Part shown: positions 48,342 through 58,011 of the stretch, piece by piece
Layout of the letters: each line of letters starts with the position of its first letter
Numbering within the stretch: the stretch's first letter is position 1
The notes under the pieces: generated by a model
Told to the model about the DNA's origin: nothing
What the model saw: only the letters and a program-made list of their open reading frames with translations
Databases searched by the model: none
Origin: Candidatus Kapaibacterium sp.
GTDB lineage: Bacteria > Bacteroidota > Ignavibacteria > Kapaibacteriales > NICIL-2
Reading direction: 5' to 3'
DNA: 64,000 nucleotides
Assembly (NCBI GenBank): GCA_046297095.1
Contig: JBKCNS010000010.1
Location: 506-64,505, forward strand
Made by a program: the position numbers and the translations under genes

Positions 48342-49514
48342 TTAGCGAGACGGATCAGTGGCCGCAAACTCTTGCCTCAATGCATCACCGTGCTCGTCCA
48401 GATGCGGAGGCCGCCGCAGAGTTTGCAGTAAGGAAATATCCGGCGATTGAAACACCGCGCTGCGCAGGCCGTATACGTCATCGCTACTCAGCACCACATT
48501 CGGTGCATTCTGTGATTGCAACGCACGATCTATAGTTTGAATTCTTCCGGCGGGAATCTTCTTCGTATCAAAGGCCTCGAGCAACTCATCTGCTTGCATG
48601 GACAATATTGCCTCGCGCAATTCCCGGTTCACTTGCTCGCGATGCAGCACGCGATCGTGATTTCGGCGATATTCTACACGCAGGGGAATGTTTAGCACAG
48701 CGCATAGATCACGATACTGCGCATCGGTACCAACAGCCAAGAGAATCTGAACATTATCGGCCGTGGTAAATACCGTACCATACGGCACAATATTCGGGTG
48801 CTCCGAGCCCGCGCGCTGCGGCACAGCCCCCGTGTGCAAGTAGTTCGTGGCTTGATTCACTAGCGAGCTAAGAGCAGTGTCCATCAGCGACACATCCACC
48901 CTGGTGCCGGTGTTCGTGTGCTCTCGCCGGAACAGCGCCACAAGAATTGCTTGCTTAAGTTGATGCGCAGCAAGTACGTCTATCAGCGCAACCGGTAGTT
49001 TTGTGGCCGGCCCGTTTGAGTCGCCATTGATAGACATCAAGCCGCACTCTGCCTGCACAACGGCGTCGTAGCCCACACGTGTATTCGTGTTTCCATAGCC
49101 ATTCACCGATGCATACACCAGCCGCGGATTGGCGCGGGCACAGCTTTGGTAATCAAGGCCAAACCTCTGTTCGTCTCCGGGTTTCCAGTTGTGAATAAAC
49201 ACATCGGCATGACGAAGTATTCCGTGGCACAACTGCAGGTCGGCCTCGCTGTGCATGTTCACGGACACAGACTCTTTACCAAAATTCGCCGACGCGAAAT
49301 ACGCAGAGATGTCGCTCTGTGCAGACTCGCCGGAACTGCGCCAGCCGCGAGTGCCGTCGCCGTCGGTGGTTGCATTTTCCAGTTTAATTACCCGCGCGCC
49401 AAGCTCGGCAAAGAACTGACCAACCAATGGTCCGGCCAGAACCGACGCGGCCTCTAGCACAACAAGACCGGAGAATGGAGTAGTGGTCGGAGTAACGTTC
49501 GGAGTATCAGTCAT
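48342..49514 (-). CDS. CoA-transferase family III protein (CaiB/BaiF-like)
   Basis: PFSGLVVLEAASVLAGPLVGQFFAELGARVIKLE N-terminus is typical of CaiB/formyl-CoA transferase. The ORF could start as early as 49562. Confidence 0.75.
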   Translation of the reverse strand: MTDTPNVTPTTTPFSGLVVLEAASVLAGPLVGQFFAELGARVIKLENATTDGDGTRGWRSSGESAQSDISAYFASANFGKESVSVNMHSEADLQLCHGILRHADVFIHNWKPGDEQRFGLDYQSCARANPRLVYASVNGYGNTNTRVGYDAVVQAECGLMSINGDSNGPATKLPVALIDVLAAHQLKQAILVALFRREHTNTGTRVDVSLMDTALSSLVNQATNYLHTGAVPQRAGSEHPNIVPYGTVFTTADNVQILLAVGTDAQYRDLCAVLNIPLRVEYRRNHDRVLHREQVNRELREAILSMQADELLEAFDTKKIPAGRIQTIDRALQSQNAPNVVLSSDDVYGLRSAVFQSPDISLLQTLRRPPHLDEHGDALRQEFAATDPSR

Positions 49515-49763
49515 ATTCACCTTTGTAAATCTTTTGCAAACTACACAGAGCACGGGCTGCATGCACGGCGAATAGCGGTACTAACGATCTGAAGATGAGA
49601 GAAGACATTAAATTATTGCCCCGCTCATGTCCAGTTTGCTAAAAATCGATTTTCGTAACTCCGCTGTTTTCATTGCCGCGAACCGCAAATCGTACACCAG
49701 GTGATATGTACTTTCGCGGGTCATTTTCACCAAAGTATTCACCACAATTTCGGGAGTTCGCGT

Positions 49764-50042
49764 ATGCGTACTGTTCTTCGTGCAGCATTGATCATGACGA
49801 TTGCTGCTGCATCCACCACATCTCAAGTATCAGCCACTGCGCTGTCACCTTTGTCTGCAAAGGAGCCGCGTGCCAAGGTTAGTGCTTCATCAAATAAAGC
49901 AAGCAAGGCAGACCGTGATGCCGAGCGCGAGCGCAAGCGCGCGGAGAAGGCAGCAGCCAAGGCCGAGCGTGCAGCTGCAAAGGCCGCAAAGAAAGCAGAG
50001 AAAGCCGCAGCCAAAGCCGCAAAAAAATCTGTGCGCGGATGA
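49764..50042 (+). CDS. small secreted Lys/Ala-rich repeat protein
   Basis: Signal-like N-terminus MRTVLRAALIMTIAAASTTSQVSA. Low-complexity (A/E/K)-rich heptad-like tail ERKRAEKAAAKAERAAAKAAKKAEKAAAKAAKK. Confidence 0.45.
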   Translation: MRTVLRAALIMTIAAASTTSQVSATALSPLSAKEPRAKVSASSNKASKADRDAERERKRAEKAAAKAERAAAKAAKKAEKAAAKAAKKSVRG

Positions 50043-50285
50043 TGTGCCGTCACGGTGCTCGGTAGTTGCCATCAGGACGATGCGACAACAGCGCTGAAGT
50101 AATCGGCGCGAAGCATACAGCCAACGCTGCACCTGTTCTTCACTACCGAAGCCGTGTCTTCTTGTATTTTCGAAGCGCCTCCGAGAAATCGGTGGCGCTT
50201 TTCCATTATATGGATGGGTTTGTAAACAAATGCACCGCGCACAGTGGAGAATCGTGCATTCATGGTTCCGTGTTCCAAGCTTTTG

Positions 50286-50948
50286 ATGCCTCAATATTTC
50301 ATTATACTTCGCAAAGATTTTCTCAGCGAAATCAGAACGCGGCAGTCGCTGTCGGCAGTGCTGCTCTTTGTGTTTAATGCTGTGTTTCTCTGCGTCCTGG
50401 CTCTTGCCGGTGTGCGCGTGTCGCCCGAAGTCTTCAGCGCCTTGTTTTGGCTTACCTTGTTGTTCGGTGCATCGGTGGGAGCTGCCAAGAGCTTTGTTGC
50501 GGAAGAGGACAAAGGCACGGCAACATACCTACGGTTTGTTGCTTCGGCCTCGGGCGTGTTTGTAGGAAAACTCTTCTACAACATCAGCTTGGTTGCCGTG
50601 ATTGCTCTGTTCGGATCACTGCTGTTTCTTGTGGTCTTTGCCTTGACGAATGTGGCTAACGTGGAACTCTTTGCACTCACCGCCATAACAGGCGCTGTAA
50701 GCGTGGCCACGGTACTTACACTGTGTGCGGCCATGATATCTCGAGCTTCCGCAAAGAACGCATTACTTCCGGTAGTTGCTTTTCCCATTCTCCTGCCGGT
50801 GATTTTCTTGGGTGTGGATGCTACAACTATGAGCTCGTCGGGCACACCGGCGCCGTATATTCTTTCCAACATTGCCGTGATGTTCGCCTACACTGTATTA
50901 CTTGTACTTCTTGCGCTCGTAGTGTTTCCTTTTGTGTGGAGAGATTGA
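50286..50948 (+). CDS. ccmB: CcmB-like heme exporter permease
   Basis: 6 TM helices. FVAEEDKGTATYL corresponds to the CcmB FRDDLQDGSLEQL motif. FPILLPVIFLGV corresponds to LPLTIPLLIF. No ABC ATPase gene lies immediately upstream. Confidence 0.6.
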   Translation: MPQYFIILRKDFLSEIRTRQSLSAVLLFVFNAVFLCVLALAGVRVSPEVFSALFWLTLLFGASVGAAKSFVAEEDKGTATYLRFVASASGVFVGKLFYNISLVAVIALFGSLLFLVVFALTNVANVELFALTAITGAVSVATVLTLCAAMISRASAKNALLPVVAFPILLPVIFLGVDATTMSSSGTPAPYILSNIAVMFAYTVLLVLLALVVFPFVWRD

Positions 50949-52306
50949 TGTCGTTATCGCAACGTGTTACACTACTGCAAGCCACTGCCATCAACATGAT
51001 CGACATGGTGGGTATCGGGCCTTTTATCGTTACCTCTACCGTGATGACCATCATGGGTGGAGCTAACTGCCTGTATGCCTGGATAGGCGGCGCTATTCTG
51101 GCACTGCTGGACTCGAAGGTGTGGAGTGAACTTGGTGCCGCCTTTCCTGAAGCCGGCGGGAGTTATGCTTTTCTCCGCGAAACCTACGGAGCAAACACCT
51201 GGGGCAGAGTACTTTCGTTTCTGTTTATTTGGCAGACATTGTTTCAGTCGTCCTTTGTTGTGGCAAGCGGCGCAATAGGGTTCAGTTCGTACATAGAATA
51301 TCTGTTTCCTCTGCCCGGCCTACTTGCCAAGAAATTAGTGGCGGCGGGCGTGGTGGCAGCGGTAACAATGGCGCTGTACCGCAACATAAAGTCTGTGGCT
51401 AAACTTTCGGTGGTGCTTTGGGTGTGTGTAGTGGGAACAATGGTTTGGATTATCGCCAGCGGAATGCTTTTCGGAACAGAGAGCGGAATATCTACATTTT
51501 CTCTTGCTCCCCTGAGCTTTGGAGCGCTTGATGTAAAGAACCTTGGAGACTCAATGCAACTCACGGTATATGCCTTCCTGGGATACTACAATGTGTGCCA
51601 TTTGGGAAGTGAGATTGTAAATCCGCAGAAGAATATTCCCCGCAGTATGCTCTACTCCATCCTTGGAATTACTGTGTTGTATGTGCTTATGCAGATCAGT
51701 ATTCTTCGTGTGTTGCCCATCCAGGATATTCATGCCAAACAGTTCGTGGTGAGCATGTTCATGGAGCGACTGTATGGACCTGCAGTGGCAAGTGTGGCAA
51801 CGGTGTTAGTGCTCGTCATCGCCCTCTCTTCTCTCTTCGCCGTGATTCTTGGATACTCCCGTATTCCCTATGCTGCTGCGCGGCAGGGTAACTTTCTGAG
51901 CGTGTTTGCAAAGACACATCACACCGGTGAGTTTCCGCATGTGTCGTTGCTGTTTATTGGCGGCATTTCGCTTGTGATCACCTTTCTTACGAACGATCTG
52001 AAGGTAGTGGTTGGCACTATACTTACTATGCGCATTCTTGTGCAGTTTGTGGGACAAGCCATAGGCCTGGCGCTGTACAGAAAGCGCGTCGGAGCAGACA
52101 AGATGCCCTTTAAGATGTGGCTGTACCCCCTACCGCTTGCTGCTGCTGTGGCAATGTGGCTGTGGTTGTTTTTCTCCAGAGACGCTCAGCTTATTCAGCA
52201 AGGTATAGTGTTACTACTGATTGGAGCGGTGGTGTACATTGGCACCGCGAAGCACCGCTCGTGGTTTCCCTTTGTTCCAACTGATACTGCGGGGAAAACG
52301 GCATGA
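50948..52306 (+). CDS. APC-superfamily amino-acid permease
   Basis: 12 predicted TM helices. N-terminal INMIDMVGIGPFIV resembles the APC consensus. Its start overlaps the ccmB stop (TGATG). Confidence 0.7.
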   Translation: MSLSQRVTLLQATAINMIDMVGIGPFIVTSTVMTIMGGANCLYAWIGGAILALLDSKVWSELGAAFPEAGGSYAFLRETYGANTWGRVLSFLFIWQTLFQSSFVVASGAIGFSSYIEYLFPLPGLLAKKLVAAGVVAAVTMALYRNIKSVAKLSVVLWVCVVGTMVWIIASGMLFGTESGISTFSLAPLSFGALDVKNLGDSMQLTVYAFLGYYNVCHLGSEIVNPQKNIPRSMLYSILGITVLYVLMQISILRVLPIQDIHAKQFVVSMFMERLYGPAVASVATVLVLVIALSSLFAVILGYSRIPYAAARQGNFLSVFAKTHHTGEFPHVSLLFIGGISLVITFLTNDLKVVVGTILTMRILVQFVGQAIGLALYRKRVGADKMPFKMWLYPLPLAAAVAMWLWLFFSRDAQLIQQGIVLLLIGAVVYIGTAKHRSWFPFVPTDTAGKTA

Positions 52307-53577
52307 ACATATGTAAGTTCGGTGGATCAATTCTGAACTCGGCAAACAACATCTCCTTGTTGTGCCAAGCGGTGGCGTCCCTGCGCTCCGAAGGCGTGGT
52401 GGTGGTGGTATCTGCATTGTCTTCCACAACACGCGAGTTAGAAAAAGCCTCGATGGATGCAAGTGTTGGTAACATCGATGCGGCGCTTTCTGCAATACGA
52501 CTCATCGAAGATCGCACAGCTTCATTGGCACATGAATTTTTGGGCGATGGCCCTGAATGGGCAGGATACTGCTCCGCTGCCGGTGATATTGCGAACCGCG
52601 CGACTACGATACTCCGAGGAATCAGTGCCACCCGCCAGCGCACAAACAAAGTTGGCCACATGTTCAGAGCATTGGGCGAGGATTGGGCGCTTGCTCTTAT
52701 TGGCGCCGCACTTCGCAAGCATTCTGTTGGAAGTGAAACGGTGGACGCACGACGGGTGATTCGAACCTCTGACCACAACCGGGCGGTTTGCGTTCCTGAT
52801 TTCGAGCAGACCTTTGCCGCGGTTCAAGCTATTGTAGCACCGGCGCTTCAGCGAAGTGGTTGTGTACTTATCCAAGGTTATGTGGGATCCGACAATCAGG
52901 GCGAGACTACCACCATGGGCAGCGAAAGTTCCAATCTTAGTGCGGCTCTGCTCGCAAGCTGTCTGCCTGCTGATTCGGTGACGCTATTCACCGATGTACC
53001 GGGCGTGATGTCCGCCGATCCACTGGAAGCAGACGACGCGCAGCTTATTGAATCGATGGATTATCATACGGCCCACAGACTTGCCGTGCACGGAGTAAAG
53101 CTTCTGTTCCCCACCATGATACCGCTGCTTCAAAACGCCGGTATTCCGTTGGTGGTGCGCTCTCTGCACCGGCCTGAAGGCATTGGCACCACAATCAGCA
53201 GCACGCCTGCGATACGATCGGTGCGATGTATTATCTCGCAGGGCGCTCGCATCGCATTCAATGATTTCGCTTCACCAACAACGAACGATGAACGTGATAT
53301 TCTGCTTGTACAAAGTGCATCGGGCAACGTTCACATCGGCCATTGCAGCGAAATCACTCTACGCGATACAGGTGATTCAGCAATATCTCTCGTAACTGTT
53401 TTTCATCAGGGCATTCCCGGCGCCGATATACTCAAGCAAGCGGCGGAGCGCGCCGCGTCAGGGGAAATTGCTATTCGTGGCGTTTGGACGCTCGCTCCCG
53501 ACCTCTGCTGTATTGCGGTTCCTGAAGAACATCAATCACAGATAGCGGCACATCTTCACGGCATGCTGATCGCATAA
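52303..53577 (+). CDS. aspartokinase-like amino-acid kinase family protein
   Basis: MNICKFGGSIL is the KFGG(T/S) motif. VVVVVSALSSTT is the VxSAxxxxT motif. Length 424 aa. Start overlaps the permease stop (ATGA). Confidence 0.55.
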   Translation: MNICKFGGSILNSANNISLLCQAVASLRSEGVVVVVSALSSTTRELEKASMDASVGNIDAALSAIRLIEDRTASLAHEFLGDGPEWAGYCSAAGDIANRATTILRGISATRQRTNKVGHMFRALGEDWALALIGAALRKHSVGSETVDARRVIRTSDHNRAVCVPDFEQTFAAVQAIVAPALQRSGCVLIQGYVGSDNQGETTTMGSESSNLSAALLASCLPADSVTLFTDVPGVMSADPLEADDAQLIESMDYHTAHRLAVHGVKLLFPTMIPLLQNAGIPLVVRSLHRPEGIGTTISSTPAIRSVRCIISQGARIAFNDFASPTTNDERDILLVQSASGNVHIGHCSEITLRDTGDSAISLVTVFHQGIPGADILKQAAERAASGEIAIRGVWTLAPDLCCIAVPEEHQSQIAAHLHGMLIA

Positions 53578-53649
53578 GCGCGGATTGGATAGGATTGGTT
53601 CGGCTCGGATTGCTTTGGATTGCCTTTGGTTGGTCCGGCTCTACATCAA

Positions 53650-53700
53650 GCACAAAAAGAAAACGGCCGCCTTTAATACAAGGGCGGCCGTTTCGTTTGA
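53650..53700. terminator. bidirectional terminator between convergent genes
   Basis: ACGGCCGCC-TTTAATACAAG-GGCGGCCGT hairpin flanked by AAAAAGAAA and TTTCGTTTG. Confidence 0.55.
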
Positions 53701-53819
53701 CATTGTCGTGCATTGAGTCGAAGCCGGCAACGTGGTATGTGTTCGTCTACCCTCGAACTTTCAAAAGGTAATGATAACAAGAACCATCGGCCAAAAGCTC
53801 GTTGACCCTGTTGCCCTTC

Positions 53820-54677
53820 TTACTTGATAGGACGCTTGCCTGCACAGGGATCACCACCGTTCAACCACAAGTTCCACTTAACCAGTTGGTCGGGTGTGAG
53901 CATCGCAGCGATATCGGCATAGAGTTTAGCCTGAATCGCTTTGAGTGCTGCTTGATATGCATCCATTGCTGCCTTGCGATCGGCTGCGGTGGACGCAAGG
54001 GCTGCACGAAGATCGGCGCGAGCTGCTTCTAGCTGTGAGCGCAAATCTTTGGATTCCGCTTCGAACTGAGCACGGAGATCTGCCATTTGTTGCTTTGCTT
54101 GCTCTCTGGTAAGAGTACCGGCCTTCACTTGAGCCATGATGTCGTTCGACATTTCACGATACTTAGCTTGCATTGCCTTCAATTGACGCTGAGCTTCCAT
54201 TGTTGCCGCGCGATATGTAGCCATCGCAGCGCTGTCCTTGGAACGAATGGGTGCCAGAGCTGCGCGATATGCATCGTTAGCAGCACGAGTAGCCAAACCT
54301 GACTGCTCCATCAACAACTTGAGTTGAACCATTTGTGCGGAATCAAGACCAAGGCAATCGATAGGCAGACGGCGCATACGAGTTTTGCCGAAATCTTTAT
54401 CGCTACCACCACGGATACTTGTGTCGCGAATGGTTGTGTCCTTGTCGGAGCCACCACCGCGCGGGGGATCAAGAGCAACAACATCAGAGTTGTTGTCTAC
54501 ACCTGCCACGGAAAAGTCGGGCGCTATCACATCATTACCTTGACTAACCATCGGTACTACTTCGCTACCCGAAGCAACCGGACCATTAGAGCTCGAGCTG
54601 CAGCTTTGCATCACCAAGCCCAAACCGAAAACACCAACCAGGGCCAAGCCTGCAAGTGTTTGTTTGAATGTTTTCAT
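53820..54677 (-). CDS. periplasmic Spy/CpxP-family (LTXXQ motif) protein
   Basis: Signal peptide MKTFKQTLAGLALVGVFGLGLVMQSCS. Helical repeats carrying LDSAQ, LTREQ and LTPDQ motifs, with an Ala/Gln-rich coiled-coil character. Confidence 0.55.
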   Translation of the reverse strand: MKTFKQTLAGLALVGVFGLGLVMQSCSSSSNGPVASGSEVVPMVSQGNDVIAPDFSVAGVDNNSDVVALDPPRGGGSDKDTTIRDTSIRGGSDKDFGKTRMRRLPIDCLGLDSAQMVQLKLLMEQSGLATRAANDAYRAALAPIRSKDSAAMATYRAATMEAQRQLKAMQAKYREMSNDIMAQVKAGTLTREQAKQQMADLRAQFEAESKDLRSQLEAARADLRAALASTAADRKAAMDAYQAALKAIQAKLYADIAAMLTPDQLVKWNLWLNGGDPCAGKRPIK

Positions 54678-55368
54678 AAAACCTCCGTTGTGAAAAATGA
54701 TTATGGATTACTGATTTGTGTACTGATTTGTTTGTCGTTTCAGTTTAGTTCTTCAGCTCAGTTCTTCACTTGTGCTAAATCTTGTGCTAAATACAGCATG
54801 TGAGCATTTATTCTGAACCTGCTTTCGAACACTGACGCGCTGTTTAGCCTATAGACGCCTGTAGCCGGGATTTGGTTTGATTCAGCCTTTACCTTTTTTA
54901 GTTCGTGCTTAGACCATCGTTTCATCCTGACCGAACCTCTACTCTCGAGGCTTGCAAAAATGCCCATAAATGTCCAACCAACTTGCACACCGACGACTTC
55001 TTGAACTTCTTACTGCCTTCGTTCAATCTCCATCTATCGTTCGAGCCGGTACTCGTAGGCAAACCTGTTCCCACCATATTCGTCCGCGTCTTCATCGTTA
55101 CTTCTACATCTGCATTCTTCATCGCCCTTGACAACAGTAACAATGGAGAAAAAAAAACGTTACAGCATTTGCGAAAAAAAAATGGCCGAGGGCTTATGTC
55201 CCGAAACAAACGTGTTTTTGCGTAAAAACGGCGCTTTTTTATAACGCTTCCCAAGCAACGGCCACTTTACTTCATTCTTTTCGCAATCAACTATTCGCAA
55301 CGCCGCGGTTTGCTATATTGAACACACCTGCAGCATCGCATACCACATCCTTCGGGAGCATTGATTCC

Positions 55369-56622
55369 ATGAAATACGCCGACCAGTTTTCTAACTCTCT
55401 TCGGGCTTCAAATCCATACGAGCGACCCTCGTTCACCATAGGCATCGAAGAGGAATACATGATCATCGATCCCAAGACCTATGATCTGAAGTCGCACATA
55501 GATCTTGAATTGATTTCCAAAGGAAGAATGATTCTGCAAGAGCATGTAAAGCCCGAGATGCACGGCTCGATGCTCGAGATAGGCACAGGCATTTGCCGCA
55601 ACACAAAAGAAGCACACTACGAACTCACGAAGATTCGCTCTATGGTCGCGCATTTGGCGAAGTCGAACAATTTATTGCTGGGCGCGGCTTCCACCCATCC
55701 TTTTGCGCGATGGCAGGAGCAGGAAATTTATCCCGACGAGCACTATCAAAATGTGGTTCGAGACATGCAAATGCTGGCTCGTTCACTGCTCATTTTCGGT
55801 ATGCATATTCATATCGGAATAGAGAATCGTGAGACCCAAATTCAGATTATGAATGTGATGCGGTATTTCTTGCCGCACATTCTTGCAATCAGTACCAACT
55901 CACCGTTCTGGATGGGAATGGACACGGGCTTAAAATCGTATAGATCGAAGATCTTTGAACGCTTCCCCCGAACCAATATCCCCGATTACTTTGCCAGTTG
56001 GGGCGAGTACGAGAGTTATGTGGATTTGCTGATGCGCACTAATTGCATCGACAACCCTAAAAAAATCTGGTGGGATATTCGCCCTCACCCCACCTTCCCC
56101 ACCCTGGAAGTTCGCATATGCGATTTACCCATGCGTGTGGACGAGACCATTGCTATCGTTGCTTTGGTTCAAGCGCTGGCCGCCAAGCTGTTTTCTTTGT
56201 ACGAGAAAAATCTCAGCTTCAGGGTATATCCGCGAATGCTTCTCATGGAGAATAAATGGCGAGCTGTACGCTACGGCCTAGACGGTAAACTGATAGACTT
56301 TGGCCGTCAGCAGGAGTATCCTGCCAAAGACTTGATTCGTGAACTTTTGGATTTTGTGGACGATGTTGTGGACGGCCTTGGCAGCCGTCAGCATCTGGAA
56401 TACATCTACCAGATACTCGAAATGGGTAGCGGCGCCGACCGCCAGTTACGAGTGTTTGAACAAACCAAGAGCATCGAGAAAGTAGTGGAGTACATTCACA
56501 AGGAATGTACCATCGGTCTGATAGAAGACGTCAGCCCTTTTCTTGCTACCGAGCTCAAAGCACCGTCTGAAGACGCCGTGCGGGAAAAGTTAACATCGCT
56601 CACGCCCCCTAAAGACATCTAG
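55369..56622 (+). CDS. carboxylate-amine ligase, glutamate-cysteine ligase family 2 (YbdK-like)
   Basis: TIGIEEEYMIIDPKTYDL N-terminus and the GMHIHIG motif typical of GCS2. Confidence 0.8.
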   Translation: MKYADQFSNSLRASNPYERPSFTIGIEEEYMIIDPKTYDLKSHIDLELISKGRMILQEHVKPEMHGSMLEIGTGICRNTKEAHYELTKIRSMVAHLAKSNNLLLGAASTHPFARWQEQEIYPDEHYQNVVRDMQMLARSLLIFGMHIHIGIENRETQIQIMNVMRYFLPHILAISTNSPFWMGMDTGLKSYRSKIFERFPRTNIPDYFASWGEYESYVDLLMRTNCIDNPKKIWWDIRPHPTFPTLEVRICDLPMRVDETIAIVALVQALAAKLFSLYEKNLSFRVYPRMLLMENKWRAVRYGLDGKLIDFGRQQEYPAKDLIRELLDFVDDVVDGLGSRQHLEYIYQILEMGSGADRQLRVFEQTKSIEKVVEYIHKECTIGLIEDVSPFLATELKAPSEDAVREKLTSLTPPKDI

Positions 56623-56682
56623 TTCGGACTGCTTCGCAAGAGGACAGGTCTCGTATCTTTGTGCTCACATTATTTGATTTCT

Positions 56683-57489
56683 ATGAAACACATCGCACTC
56701 GCGCTTGCTTGCAGTATTGCTTGCTCAGGCATAAGCGCTTCGGCGGGAACAACACCGTCAGCCAAGAAAAAATCTTCAGCCAAAACTCAAGAGGCAGCTC
56801 CTGCCGCCCCGGCAGCTGCTCCGCAGACCGTCTTGCAGCTGGCAGACTTTCGTGATAGCCTCAGCTATGCTCTTGGCGTCAACATGATCGGTATGATCAA
56901 GCAACAACAGATAGATATCAACCCCATGATCCTGATGCGCTCTCTCGAGGACGCGTTCACAGGTCAAAAGCCCGTAATGAACGAGCAGGACATGATGCGT
57001 TGCTTCCAGCAATTCGAGCAGTCTCGCCAACAAGCGTCAGCATCGGAGAATTCTTCATCAACAAACAAATCCAACGGACCATCTATGGACGAGAACAAAG
57101 CAAAGGGCGCGGCCTATATGGCAGAGAACGCAAAGAAAGCAGGAGTAATGACCACCGCAAGTGGTTTGCAGTATCGCGTGATCACTCAAGGTACGGGCGC
57201 AAAGCCCACGGCTGCCGATAAGGTTAAAGTGCACTACAAAGGCACGCTGGTAGACGGCACGGAGTTCGACAGCTCATACAAGCGCGGCGAACCTATCGAG
57301 TTCCCGTTGAGCGGCGTTATCAAGGGCTGGACCGAAGGCGTTCAACTGATGAGCGTCGGTTCGAAGTTCGAATTCACCATACCCTCCGAGCTGGCATATG
57401 GCGATCGCGAAGTGGGCGGTGTTATTCCCGGCGGATCAACTTTAGTGTTTGAAGTGGAACTTCTCGACATTCCCTCGCAATCCAAGTAA
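56683..57489 (+). CDS. FKBP-type peptidyl-prolyl cis-trans isomerase with N-terminal dimerisation domain (FkpA-like), lipoprotein-type signal
   Basis: C-terminal FKBP domain [39 protein letters not shown]...[18 protein letters not shown]...[19 protein letters not shown]. Confidence 0.85.
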   Translation: MKHIALALACSIACSGISASAGTTPSAKKKSSAKTQEAAPAAPAAAPQTVLQLADFRDSLSYALGVNMIGMIKQQQIDINPMILMRSLEDAFTGQKPVMNEQDMMRCFQQFEQSRQQASASENSSSTNKSNGPSMDENKAKGAAYMAENAKKAGVMTTASGLQYRVITQGTGAKPTAADKVKVHYKGTLVDGTEFDSSYKRGEPIEFPLSGVIKGWTEGVQLMSVGSKFEFTIPSELAYGDREVGGVIPGGSTLVFEVELLDIPSQSK

Positions 57490-57491
57490 CG

Positions 57492-57953
57492 ATGAGTGAA
57501 TCTCGACGATATTGTGTGATAGCTCTTCTTGCCGTTCTTGTAATCTCGGCGCCGCGCCTGGCTTCAAGCGGTATGCAGACCACAAACACACCGGAGCAGA
57601 GTGGCAGACGCATAAAACTCGACACCATCAAAGTGGAAGGATTTCGCCCGCAGGATGTGAAGGTTATCATTGATCACAAGGGTGCGAACCCTGTGCTCCT
57701 TGATGTGCGCACACCGGAGGAGTTTGCTCAAGGTCATTTGAATGGCGCGATCAACATTCCTCTTATGCAAATCGAGAAACGTTTGGCGTCGCTTCGCAAG
57801 TACAAAAAACGAACCATCATAACCATGTGTGACAAGGGTGTGCGCGGCATGCAAGCATGCGGCATACTGGTTGCCAACAACATAGGTTGGACCTATTACA
57901 TGAAGACTGGCATCGATGGTTGGGTACAAGCAGGACTGCCGCTGGAGAAGTAA
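57492..57953 (+). CDS. rhodanese-domain protein with signal peptide
   Basis: LLDVRTPEEFAQGHLNGAINIPL, and an active-site loop MCDKGVRG containing Cys. Confidence 0.75.
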   Translation: MSESRRYCVIALLAVLVISAPRLASSGMQTTNTPEQSGRRIKLDTIKVEGFRPQDVKVIIDHKGANPVLLDVRTPEEFAQGHLNGAINIPLMQIEKRLASLRKYKKRTIITMCDKGVRGMQACGILVANNIGWTYYMKTGIDGWVQAGLPLEK

Positions 57954-58011
57954 AAGGACGTCGAACAACAAGTCGATGAATAAAAAACGCCGTGTGAACA
58001 CACGGCGTTTT

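Noticed and set aside
54905-55254. Overlapping 106-aa (+) and 110-aa (-) ORFs in the long spacer
   Set aside because: They overlap each other in opposite orientation and are rich in low-complexity sequence from A-tracts. Neither has a start context or domain signature, so the region is reported as non-coding.
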